From Thermodesulfobacteriota bacterium (GTDB lineage Bacteria > Desulfobacterota > Desulfobulbia > Desulfobulbales > SURF-16): a stretch of 64,000 nt of DNA. A program made the translations under genes and the position numbers. How positions within the stretch are numbered: the stretch's first letter is position 1; each line of letters opens with the position of its first letter. The stretch lies in contig JBFMAY010000003.1 of NCBI GenBank assembly GCA_040755455.1, positions 32,001-96,000 of the forward strand, written 5' to 3'. The notes under the pieces were generated by a model. It worked only from the letters and a program-made list of their open reading frames with translations. It did not search any database and had not been told where the DNA came from. Of the stretch, positions 42,263-50,879 are shown piece by piece.

Positions 42263-44203
42263 ATGATGATAAAAAAGATGCCAACCCATTTTTTCCGCGC
42301 GACTTTTCCCGCCCTGCTGGCCGTGACCTTTTCCGCCCCGCCGTTGCTGGCGGCCGGCGAACCGGCGGCCAGCAACGGCGACCCCCTGTCACTCTATTTT
42401 GACCAGGACGCAACCGAACAAACCACCACCCGGGCACCCAAACCCCTGTCCCAGGTGGCGGAAAACGTCAGCATCATCACCGCGGACGAGATCGAGAAAA
42501 TGCACGCCCGTACCCTGGCCGAGGTGCTGGACCGCCAGGCCGGCCTGTTTGTCATGTTCTTCGGCAGGGATTTTTTCGGCAATGACCTGACGCGGGTCCT
42601 GGCCAGCCGGGAGCAGCATGTGCTCTTTCTGCTGGACGGGATGCGCATCAACCTGAATTCCAGCGGGGCCGCCATCAGCAACTTCATCCCGGTCACCATC
42701 ATCAAACGCATCGAGATCATCAAGGGCCCGGCCTCCTCATCCTGGGGCTCGTCCCTGGGCGGGGTGGTCAATATCATCACCAAGGATACCGGCAGATCTC
42801 TCTCCCCCACCGGCAGCGCCCGCGCCAGCTATGGCGAGGGAGACAGCCGGGATGTGGCGGCCGAGGTGGCCGGCGGCAGCGAAAAAATCGGCTACTATCT
42901 CGCCGGCTCCAACATCGACTCCAACGGCCTCAAGGTCGACCGGTACGCGGAGCGGGACACCGCCTACGGCAAGGTGCAGGTGCAGTTGCCCCACAACTCC
43001 ACCCTCACCGCCGCGGCCGGCTACAGCGACCCTTTCTATAAAACCCTGAACTGGAGCGATGGCTGGGACATCGCCGGGCTTAACCTGTACGAGGAGATCG
43101 ATCACCGCAACTTCTGGGGCACCCTGTTCCTTGACACCGAACTGACCAACAAGCTGAGCCTGCATCTCGCCCTCCAGCGCTTTGAAAACGACTTTGCCCA
43201 TGACCTTTTTTCCCTGGGCAGCGGCCCGGGCAGAGCCCAGGGCGATCTCATCTATGGCGAGCAGTGGGATGACGCTGCAAACAGCTTTGCCAGCCGCCTC
43301 ACCTGGGCGGAGGAGACTTTCACCGCCAATTTCGGCTTTGAGTCAAGCCGCAGCGAAATGGACTATGAGAGCACCCTGGGCAGCTATTTCAACGGACCCT
43401 CCACCTTCACCGCCGATACGGAACAGGAGGAGCGCCGCGGTTTCTATGCCAACGCCACCTTTGCCCTGGGCCGCTTCGCCCTGACCCCTGGCCTGCGCTA
43501 TGACTATAACGCCAACTCGGAGGAATTCCTCAGCCCATCCCTGGGCGCCACCTGCCAGCTGGCCAAGGACACCCTGCTGCGCGCCTCAATCGCCAGGGGC
43601 TTTTCCGCCCCCTATCTCTCCGCCTCCGCCCATTCTCCCGACCTGGAGGCGGAGACCATCTGGGCCTACCAGGCCGGGGTGGAAACCGGCCGCATCCCCT
43701 ACGTCTTGCTCAAATGCACCCTGTTCCACCAGAAGGTGGAGGACGCCTGGTATACCGACGTTAATCCTCCCTGGCCCAATGCCGGCACCATCCGCTGGAA
43801 CGGGGCGGAGCTTGAGGCAAAGACCGTGGAGTTTCACGGCCTGCGGCTCACCACCAATTTCACCCTGGTCATCGAGGACAGCATGGGTGACGGCTCTGAA
43901 GACCGGGAAAACGATGAAACCTATGTGGCCAATGTCATCGCCGACTACACCAATCACGATCAGGGCTGGCGGGCCGAACTGGCGGGCCATTATTACTGGA
44001 TGAACAGGTCAGTGAAAAACGAGAAGCCCCACTATGACGATTTCCTGTGGGACGCCCTGCTCAGCAAGGATCTCACCCTGGCTGGGGTGGCGGCCGAGGT
44101 CTATGTCAAGGCCCATAACCTTTTCAACGCCAGCCAGTACTTTGACTATGAATACCCCAACCCGGACCGCTGGGTGGAGGCGGGCGTTGTCGTGCGCTTC
44201 TGA
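42263..44203 (+). CDS. TonB-dependent receptor 1
   Basis: Signal peptide (..PPLLA), plug motif IKRIEIIKGPASSSWG..GGVVNIITK, terminal Phe (VVRF); start uncertain (42263 or 42278). Confidence 0.9.
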   Translation: MMIKKMPTHFFRATFPALLAVTFSAPPLLAAGEPAASNGDPLSLYFDQDATEQTTTRAPKPLSQVAENVSIITADEIEKMHARTLAEVLDRQAGLFVMFFGRDFFGNDLTRVLASREQHVLFLLDGMRINLNSSGAAISNFIPVTIIKRIEIIKGPASSSWGSSLGGVVNIITKDTGRSLSPTGSARASYGEGDSRDVAAEVAGGSEKIGYYLAGSNIDSNGLKVDRYAERDTAYGKVQVQLPHNSTLTAAAGYSDPFYKTLNWSDGWDIAGLNLYEEIDHRNFWGTLFLDTELTNKLSLHLALQRFENDFAHDLFSLGSGPGRAQGDLIYGEQWDDAANSFASRLTWAEETFTANFGFESSRSEMDYESTLGSYFNGPSTFTADTEQEERRGFYANATFALGRFALTPGLRYDYNANSEEFLSPSLGATCQLAKDTLLRASIARGFSAPYLSASAHSPDLEAETIWAYQAGVETGRIPYVLLKCTLFHQKVEDAWYTDVNPPWPNAGTIRWNGAELEAKTVEFHGLRLTTNFTLVIEDSMGDGSEDRENDETYVANVIADYTNHDQGWRAELAGHYYWMNRSVKNEKPHYDDFLWDALLSKDLTLAGVAAEVYVKAHNLFNASQYFDYEYPNPDRWVEAGVVVRF

Positions 44204-44293
44204 TTTATTTTCCGTCTTCTTCGTGCTTTACTTTTGTGTGGAGCAACATGGCCGCTTCTTTCAATAAACTCATTCATGAACAAGGAGGGAAAA

Positions 44294-44392
44294 ATGAAAA
44301 AAAAGATCACCATTCTTAACAAAGGCAAAAACGTGCAGGCAGTGGCTTCCTTGGAAGGCTGCTGCTTGGGTAAGCCTTCCGCCACGAAATAA
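44294..44392 (+). CDS. Putative RiPP precursor 1, MKKKITILNKGKNVQAVASLEGCCLGKPSATK (32 aa; geopeptide-like)
   Basis: AAGGAGG RBS, CC motif, directly upstream of a radical SAM/SPASM gene; below the ORF-track size cutoff. Confidence 0.85.
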   Translation: MKKKITILNKGKNVQAVASLEGCCLGKPSATK

Positions 44393-44416
44393 GGCCTGTG
44401 GATGTACACCTTTCCC

Positions 44417-44443
44417 GGGAGAGCTGCGGCTCTCCTTTTTTTT
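44417..44443 (+). terminator. Intrinsic terminator between precursor 1 and maturase 1
   Basis: GGAGAGC-TGCG-GCTCTCC followed by T8. Confidence 0.8.
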
Positions 44444-44457
44444 GCCTGGAGAAAGTC

Positions 44458-45765
44458 ATGCGGTTAACCCCCTATGTAACCATATGCCGGCACCCCGCCA
44501 TGCCCGGCCAGGTCCTGCTTTTCGCCGCCCGGACCGGGGCCCTGATTCTGCTCTCCGATGAGGATTTTAGCGCCTTACAGAGCGGCCAGGCCGCGGAGGA
44601 GGAGATCGCCTCGCTCACCGGCATGGGCTTTCTCGTGGCCGACATTGACACCGAACAACGGCAGGTCCTGCACTACATGGATGACATCAACCGGCTCAAC
44701 CCGAACCTGACCCTGGCCATCGTGCTGGGCATGGAGTGCAACTTCGCCTGCCGCTACTGTTTCGAAGGCGGCCAGAAGGGCGGCAAGGCCATGGATGACG
44801 CCACGGCCGACCAGTTGGTCAGCTTTATCAAACAGCGCTTCGGGCCGAACAAGAAAAAACTGCTGCTGCAGATCTACGGCGGCGAACCCCTGCTCTACCG
44901 CAAACGCCTCGTTTCCCTGGCCCGGCGGCTCAAACCCTTTGTCGAGGGGCGCGGGGCCGAACTCAAGATCGACCTGGTGTCCAACGGCTCCCTGCTCACC
45001 AGACAGGTGGTGGAGGAATTGAACGACTGGGGCCTGGACGGCGTCAAGGTGACCCTCGACGGCCTGCCGGACAATCACAACCATTTCCGGCCTTTCAAAT
45101 CAGGCCGGGGGAGTTTTGCGGTCATTATCCGCAACCTGCAACAGGTCTGCGGCCTGACCCATATCCGCCTTGGGGGCAATTACACCAATGAGACGTACAG
45201 GCAGTTCGGCCCGCTGCTTGACCTGATGGCCGGCCACGGCCTGACCCCGGACAAAATCGAGCATGTCAACTTCAATATCGTCATGCAGGTGCAGGACCGG
45301 ATCAGCGCCAATGCCTATCACGGCGGCTGCGCCACCATCAATGAGCCCTGGCTGCGGGAGGCGGCGCTGCACGTGCGGGAGGAGGTTTACCGGCGGGGCT
45401 ACACCGTGCCGGAGCTGGGTCCCCAGCCCTGCGCCGTGGAGATTGACGATGCCTTGACCGTCCATTACGACGGCAGCCTGTATAAATGCGTCACCTGGAT
45501 CGGCCACCGGCAGTTTAAGATAGGCGATATCTGGCAGGGGGTGGACGAAACATACCGGCAAACCCACCATCTGTACCACTGGCAAAAGGAGGAAAAATGC
45601 CGCCAGTGCCTTTACCTCCCGCTGTGCTTCGGCGGCTGCCGCTACATGGCCTATCAGCGCGACGGCCACATGGGCAAGGTGGACTGCCGCAAACCATTCC
45701 TGGACGCCACCCTGGAGGCCATGCTCCTGCAGGATGTGCGCTACCGCTACGGCTATGGATGCTGA
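44458..45765 (+). CDS. Radical SAM/SPASM peptide maturase 1 (geopeptide-maturase-like)
   Basis: CNFACRYC, YGGEPLL, SNG, TLDG; SPASM Cys pattern PC..YKC..CRQC.YLPLCFGGC..DC; N-terminal extension; start moved to MRLTPY (GGAG RBS). Confidence 0.9.
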   Translation: MRLTPYVTICRHPAMPGQVLLFAARTGALILLSDEDFSALQSGQAAEEEIASLTGMGFLVADIDTEQRQVLHYMDDINRLNPNLTLAIVLGMECNFACRYCFEGGQKGGKAMDDATADQLVSFIKQRFGPNKKKLLLQIYGGEPLLYRKRLVSLARRLKPFVEGRGAELKIDLVSNGSLLTRQVVEELNDWGLDGVKVTLDGLPDNHNHFRPFKSGRGSFAVIIRNLQQVCGLTHIRLGGNYTNETYRQFGPLLDLMAGHGLTPDKIEHVNFNIVMQVQDRISANAYHGGCATINEPWLREAALHVREEVYRRGYTVPELGPQPCAVEIDDALTVHYDGSLYKCVTWIGHRQFKIGDIWQGVDETYRQTHHLYHWQKEEKCRQCLYLPLCFGGCRYMAYQRDGHMGKVDCRKPFLDATLEAMLLQDVRYRYGYGC

Positions 45766-45859
45766 TTTTTGGTTTCAGGTGCGGGGCAGGCTGTTGAAAA
45801 GTCCCGTCCGGGCTGATACGGGGTCAGGTTGAGGCGCCGAATGCCCATTGACGATTTTT

Positions 45860-46083
45860 TTATCGTGGGGTGTCTTCAGTGATGGGAAGCTGCAGTTTGC
45901 CGGCGACGGTGGGGTTGACAATGGTTTTTCCCCGGGCGATGTCCACGGCTGGCACGGCGCTCACCGGTGCGCCCAGCAGCAGGCGGGCCGCCATGCCAGC
46001 CGCCTGCTCGCCCAGGGCCTCCGGGTCAAAGGTGACCACCACGGCGGCCCCGCTTTTGAGATATTTTTCCGAAAAGGCCAGCA
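45860..46083 (-). pseudogene. Duplicated 3' fragment of the binding-protein gene
   Basis: 224 nt matching 41139-41362 with 19 mismatches (hand count); no 5' part. Confidence 0.88.
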
Positions 46084-47876
46084 AGGGTGCAACCGAGCAA
46101 ACCACCACCCGGGCCGCCAAACCCCTGTCCCAGGTGGCGGAAAACGTCAGCATCATCACCGCCGAGGAAATTGAAAGGATGCAGGCCCATACAACGGCCG
46201 AGGTGCTGGACAGGATTCCCGGCATCTACATGAACACCAACGGCCGGGACTTCGGCATGACCGCCTCGATGACGATACAGGCCTCGAAATATGAAGATGT
46301 GCTGGTGCTGGTGGACGGCATGGACTGGAATTTCCTGGCCGGCGGCAGTGCCAACCTGAACACCATTCCCGTGGCCATCATCAAACGCATTGAGATAATC
46401 AAGGGTCCGGGCTCGGCCACCTGGGGATCGGCCCTGGGCGGGGTGGTCAACATCATCACCAAGGACACCGGGGGCGGAAAGTCCACGGGCAGCCTTTCCT
46501 CGTCTCTTGGGGAAAGAGACACCGCGGACAGCCGTTTCGAACTGAGCGGCGTCACAGAGCCGGTCAGCTACTATGTCTTCGGCGGCAAGCAGCGCTCCGA
46601 CGGCCTGCGCAATGACCGCGACTTTGACAACCATATGCTGTTTGCCAAGGCTGCCCTGCCCACGGGTTCGTCTTTGAAGCTTGACCTGAGCTCCGGTTAC
46701 AGCGAACCCCATGTCAATTACGGCGACCTGGCAGGGGGCGGCATCTTGGCCGAGGAAGTGGATCGGGCCTTCTGGACCAAGCTGAATGCGGATGCGCTTC
46801 TCAGCGACACCCTCACCTTTTATGGCTCAATCTCCACCTACGACCAGAAATTCGCCCTGCAACTCGACGAGGACGGCTCCTATGGCCCCCTTGGCGATCT
46901 TTACCAAAATACCGTTTATGACGAGAAAAAAACAGGGGCCAATGGCCGGCTGGTCTGGTTGCACGATCGGCACACCGTGGTCAGCGGTATCGACTATCTC
47001 CGGGGTGAGGTGGATGGCACCCTGGAGTCCGGGGACTTCCTGGTCAACTATCTCCATTACCCCCCGGTTTTTCGTGATTTCGGCGGCATTGACAAGACCG
47101 CCGTGTATGTCAATGACACCATTCTCCTTGGTGATTTCACCGTTACCCCCGGCCTCCGCCATGACCGCAACTCCATCACCGAGTCCTTTACCAGCCCGAG
47201 CCTGGGCATCACCTGCCAGCTTAACCAGACAACCCTGCTGCGGGCCGTGGCGGCCAGGGGCTTCACCCTGCCCAGCCTGGGAGACACAACTCTAAACGGC
47301 CCTTATTACGACCCCAACCCGGACCTCAAACCGGAAAAGGTCGACTCCCTGCAGGCCGGTTTTGAGACCACCGCCATCACCTACCTGTGGTTCAAGGCCA
47401 CCTACTTCGAACACCGGGTAGAAGACGCTTTTAGGGGAATCATCAACCCTGATACGGGTAACGGTATACGTATCAATGAAGACAAGCAGCGCCGCCAGGG
47501 CTTTGAGCTGGAAGCAAAGACCGTCCCCTTTTACAACCTCTCCCTGCAGGCCGATTTCAGCTATGTGCATCTCAACAACTACGGCAGCTACGACAACACA
47601 AGTGAATACGCGAGTAACCTGGCGCTGCTCTATGACAGCGGCACCATTGCCGCGGGCCTTTACGGCCACTATATCTGGTACGATGCTCAGGTATCGGACG
47701 CCGATGACTTTATCTGGGACGTGACCATCCGCAAACGCTTTGCCCTTTCGGCCTCGCTGGCCATGGATCTCTTTGCCAGCGGCCACAATATCCTTAACGG
47801 CACCCAGGAAAGTGACAGGGACAACTACCCGTGCGTGGCGCGCTGGCTGGAAGCGGGCCTGCGTTTTCACTTCTAG
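46084..47876 (+). CDS. TonB-dependent receptor 2, lacking native start and signal peptide (possible pseudogene; frame open from 45870)
   Basis: Plug motif IKRIEIIKGPGSATWG..GGVVNIITK, terminal LRFHF; upstream frame is the antisense of the binding-protein fragment. Confidence 0.8.
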
Positions 47877-47981
47877 ATGCCAGGCTAATAACCGCGGTGA
47901 TACATTACGGCTGAACCCAGCAAAAAAGGCCCCTGTACCCCAGGGTTTACTCACTGAACCATTTTTACAAAGGAGGTTTTG

Positions 47982-48092
47982 ATGGCAAGCGAGATCATTA
48001 TTGTTTTTGAAAGCGGCCAGGATGACCAGGAAATCGCGGAAACAACCACCTGCTGCACAAATGCCCAGGCTCCCCTGAGAATTACATCCTAA
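47982..48092 (+). CDS. Putative RiPP precursor 2, MASEIIIVFESGQDDQEIAETTTCCTNAQAPLRITS (36 aa; geopeptide-like)
   Basis: AAGGAGGT RBS, CC motif, same position in cassette as precursor 1. Confidence 0.85.
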   Translation: MASEIIIVFESGQDDQEIAETTTCCTNAQAPLRITS

Positions 48093-48111
48093 TGCTGACC
48101 CATGGTGATTC

Positions 48112-48147
48112 AGGCAGGGGGCCGGCCGGCCCCCTGCCTCTTTTTTT
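48112..48147 (+). terminator. Intrinsic terminator between precursor 2 and maturase 2
   Basis: AGGCAGGGGGCC-GGCC-GGCCCCCTGCCT followed by C and T7. Confidence 0.85.
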
Positions 48148-48165
48148 AAGCTGAAACCCTAGCCA

Positions 48166-49473
48166 ATGGCCTTATCCCACTATCTCAAGCTCTTTGCCTG
48201 GCCGGAAAATCCCCAGCAATGGCTGGCCTACTCCACTAGGCGGGGGGCCTATGCCCTGCTGCCCGGCGAACTGGTCGCCGCCCTGCAGCAGGGCCGGGCC
48301 GTGCCGCCGGACACCATGGCTCTTCTTGAGAAACTGGCCTTTGTCACCGCTGACAGCAATCAGGAGAGGGAGGATGTTTTTTCCTTCAACCAGCGGTTGA
48401 ACAACCTTTCCACCATTCTTTCCCTGGCCGTCATTGTCAATATGGATTGCAATTTCCAGTGTCGCTACTGTTACGAGGGAACGCAGAAAGACAAGCTTTA
48501 CATGACGGACAAGACCGCGGAGCAGGTTGTGGCCTTTATCAGAGAGCGGACCGGGCCGCGGATCAAAAAAGTCATCCTGGATTTTTATGGCGGGGAGCCT
48601 CTGTTAAGCGGCAAGCGGATTATCTCTCTTGCCGCCGCGCTGCAACCCTGTTTACAGGAACAGGGTGTCGCCCTGGAACTCACCCTGGTGACAAACGGTT
48701 CGCAGCTGACCGCCAGAGCAGTCAACGAGTTGCTACCATGGGGCCTGACCAGCTGCAAGGTGACCCTGGACGGCCCGGCCCATAACCATAACACCTTCCG
48801 GCCCTTTAAAAACGGCGCGCCAAGCTATGAGCTGATTGTCCGCAACATCAAGGAGTGCTGCGAGCTGACCAGAATCGGCATTGGCGGCAATTTCACCAGG
48901 GACAATTACCACCTGTTCCCGCAGCTGATGGACGACCTGCAAGAGCAGGGCTTAACCCCGGCCAAACTGGCAATGGTGAAATTTGATCCGGTGCAGCAGA
49001 CCAGCGACATATTTGCCGACCTGCGGTTCTGCGGCGGCTGCGCTTCCATAGAAGAGCCGTGGCTGGCCGAGGCCTCCCTGCTGCTGCGCGAGGAAATCCT
49101 GAAAAGAGGCTACCACACCCCGAAAATCAGCCCCACCACCTGCATGGTGGACATGGACAACAGCCTCACCATCCACTATGACGGTACCCTTTACAAGTGC
49201 GTGGGCATGATCGGCCACAGGGAATACGCCTGCGGCGATATCTGGTCCGGCATGAAGGAGTACCGCCAGCAGTATCACCTTGACCACTGGCGAAAAGAGG
49301 AAAAATGCCGGGAGTGTGTTTACCTGCCCCTGTGCTTCGGGGGCTGCCGGTTCATGGCCTTTCAGCGGGACGGCCACATGGGCAAGGTGGACTGCCGTAA
49401 AGACTTCCTGGACGCCACCCTGGAGGCCATGCTCCTGCAGGATGTACGCTACAGGCATGGCCAGGCGTCGTAG
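48166..49473 (+). CDS. Radical SAM/SPASM peptide maturase 2
   Basis: CNFQCRYC, YGGEPLL, TNG; SPASM TC..YKC..CREC.YLPLCFGGC..DC; paralog of maturase 1. Confidence 0.92.
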   Translation: MALSHYLKLFAWPENPQQWLAYSTRRGAYALLPGELVAALQQGRAVPPDTMALLEKLAFVTADSNQEREDVFSFNQRLNNLSTILSLAVIVNMDCNFQCRYCYEGTQKDKLYMTDKTAEQVVAFIRERTGPRIKKVILDFYGGEPLLSGKRIISLAAALQPCLQEQGVALELTLVTNGSQLTARAVNELLPWGLTSCKVTLDGPAHNHNTFRPFKNGAPSYELIVRNIKECCELTRIGIGGNFTRDNYHLFPQLMDDLQEQGLTPAKLAMVKFDPVQQTSDIFADLRFCGGCASIEEPWLAEASLLLREEILKRGYHTPKISPTTCMVDMDNSLTIHYDGTLYKCVGMIGHREYACGDIWSGMKEYRQQYHLDHWRKEEKCRECVYLPLCFGGCRFMAFQRDGHMGKVDCRKDFLDATLEAMLLQDVRYRHGQAS

Positions 49474-49543
49474 GAGCGGGCCGTGCCCGCGACCATTAGA
49501 ATTCAGGCGCACAAGGCAATCGCGGGCATGGCCCGCTCCTACG
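49469..49543. repeat. GTAG-type REP doublet (REPIN-like)
   Basis: CGTAGGAGCGGGCCGTGCCCGCGA-N27-TCGCGGGCATGGCCCGCTCCTACG; 24-bp IR, 1 mismatch, each arm internally palindromic. Confidence 0.8.
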
Positions 49544-49606
49544 GTGGTTATTGAAAATTGTAGTATTATCAGCGCATTAGCAATGTACGGGCACGCTTTC
49601 CGGGGC

Positions 49607-50197
49607 TTACTGGGTGATCTTGCGCCACACCGGCAGCTCGCCGCTCAATTTGACGAAACGGGGATCAGAAAAAATATCCTCGCTCATCTTGCGGTTGGCG
49701 ATGAGGATGGCGCCGGGCCGCATCCTGTCCTCGATCATCCGTTCAAAGCGCCTTTCGTCATCGCCGTTGGCCAGGGGCCGGAAGTAATAGATGACATCAA
49801 AACGGCCGTAATCATCGTAGCGCCACAGGTCATCCTGGGTGGCCCGGTCGCTGCCCATGAGCTTTTGGGCGATCCGCAGGGGGTATTCATCCTTTTCAAA
49901 ACCAAAAACATCAAACTCCATCTGCTCGGCAAACAGCATGACATTGCCGATGCCGCAGCCGATATCAAGCAGGGTGAACGGCGCCTGCCGGGGCGCATTC
50001 TCCTTGAGATACCTGGCGGCAAAGCGGAGCTGGTCAAAGAGCTGCCTGGTGTCCATGGGCACGAAGGGATATTCGTTGGCCGTGTCGTTTTTTGAGTATT
50101 TCTGCGAATCCCTGGTATAAAAACCGATAAAACGGTTGATGATGCCAAAAAAAATATCGCGGGTCTCTTCTTCTTCCTTCATTGCGGGAAAATCCAT
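49607..50197 (-). CDS. Class I SAM-dependent methyltransferase
   Basis: LLDIGCGIG motif I, FDVIYYF, MRPGA. Confidence 0.85.
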   Translation of the reverse strand: MDFPAMKEEEETRDIFFGIINRFIGFYTRDSQKYSKNDTANEYPFVPMDTRQLFDQLRFAARYLKENAPRQAPFTLLDIGCGIGNVMLFAEQMEFDVFGFEKDEYPLRIAQKLMGSDRATQDDLWRYDDYGRFDVIYYFRPLANGDDERRFERMIEDRMRPGAILIANRKMSEDIFSDPRFVKLSGELPVWRKITQ

Positions 50198-50335
50198 CTG
50201 CTGCTCCTGGCCGGTGAGATGTCATCTGTTGAAATATTGGCCGGTTTAGGTTATTTAGTCTTATTAGTCGAACCAGTGAGACCAACCAGACCAGTCAGCC
50301 TAATAACATTTCACATAAAACAAAAGGATTAATTC

Positions 50336-50875
50336 ATGGCAGAACAAAATGACATCATCGCCAAAATGGACACCACCAAAGGCACCATCAATCTGAAACT
50401 CTTTGCCGACATCGTGCCGCTCACCGTGGCAAGTTTTGTCAACCTGGCTAAAAGGGGTTTTTATGACGGCCTCAGCTTCCACCGGGTTATCAAGGACTTC
50501 ATGGTCCAGGGCGGCTGCCCGCTGGGCACCGGGACCGGCGAACCGGGCTACCGTTTTGAAGATGAGTTTGACCGGCGGCTGCTGCACGACGAGCCGGGCA
50601 AGCTCTCCATGGCCAACGCCGGCCCCAAGACCAACGGCAGCCAGTTTTTCATCACCCATGTCCCCTGCCCCTGGCTTGACGGCAAGCACGCGGTTTTCGG
50701 CGCCGTGGTCAGTCAAACCGACATGGACGTGGTCAACGCCATCGCCCAAGGCGACAAGATCAACTCCGTTACCATCGAGGGCGACACCACCGCGCTCTAC
50801 AGCAAGATGCAGGCGCGTATCGACCAGTGGAACAAGGCCCTGGACCTTAACCATCCCCATCTGAAAAAAGCATGA
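50336..50875 (+). CDS. Cyclophilin-type peptidyl-prolyl isomerase (cytoplasmic)
   Basis: [33 protein letters not shown]. Confidence 0.93.
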   Translation: MAEQNDIIAKMDTTKGTINLKLFADIVPLTVASFVNLAKRGFYDGLSFHRVIKDFMVQGGCPLGTGTGEPGYRFEDEFDRRLLHDEPGKLSMANAGPKTNGSQFFITHVPCPWLDGKHAVFGAVVSQTDMDVVNAIAQGDKINSVTIEGDTTALYSKMQARIDQWNKALDLNHPHLKKA

Positions 50876-50879
50876 AACC

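Noticed and set aside
45860..46225. 121-aa minus-strand ORF as an intact gene
   Set aside because: Chimera of antisense receptor sequence and the binding-protein remnant
44294..48092. Selenocysteine recoding in precursors or maturase 1
   Set aside because: Both peptides use TGC TGC and end in TAA; the maturase 1 TGA falls at the same position as the paralog's stop
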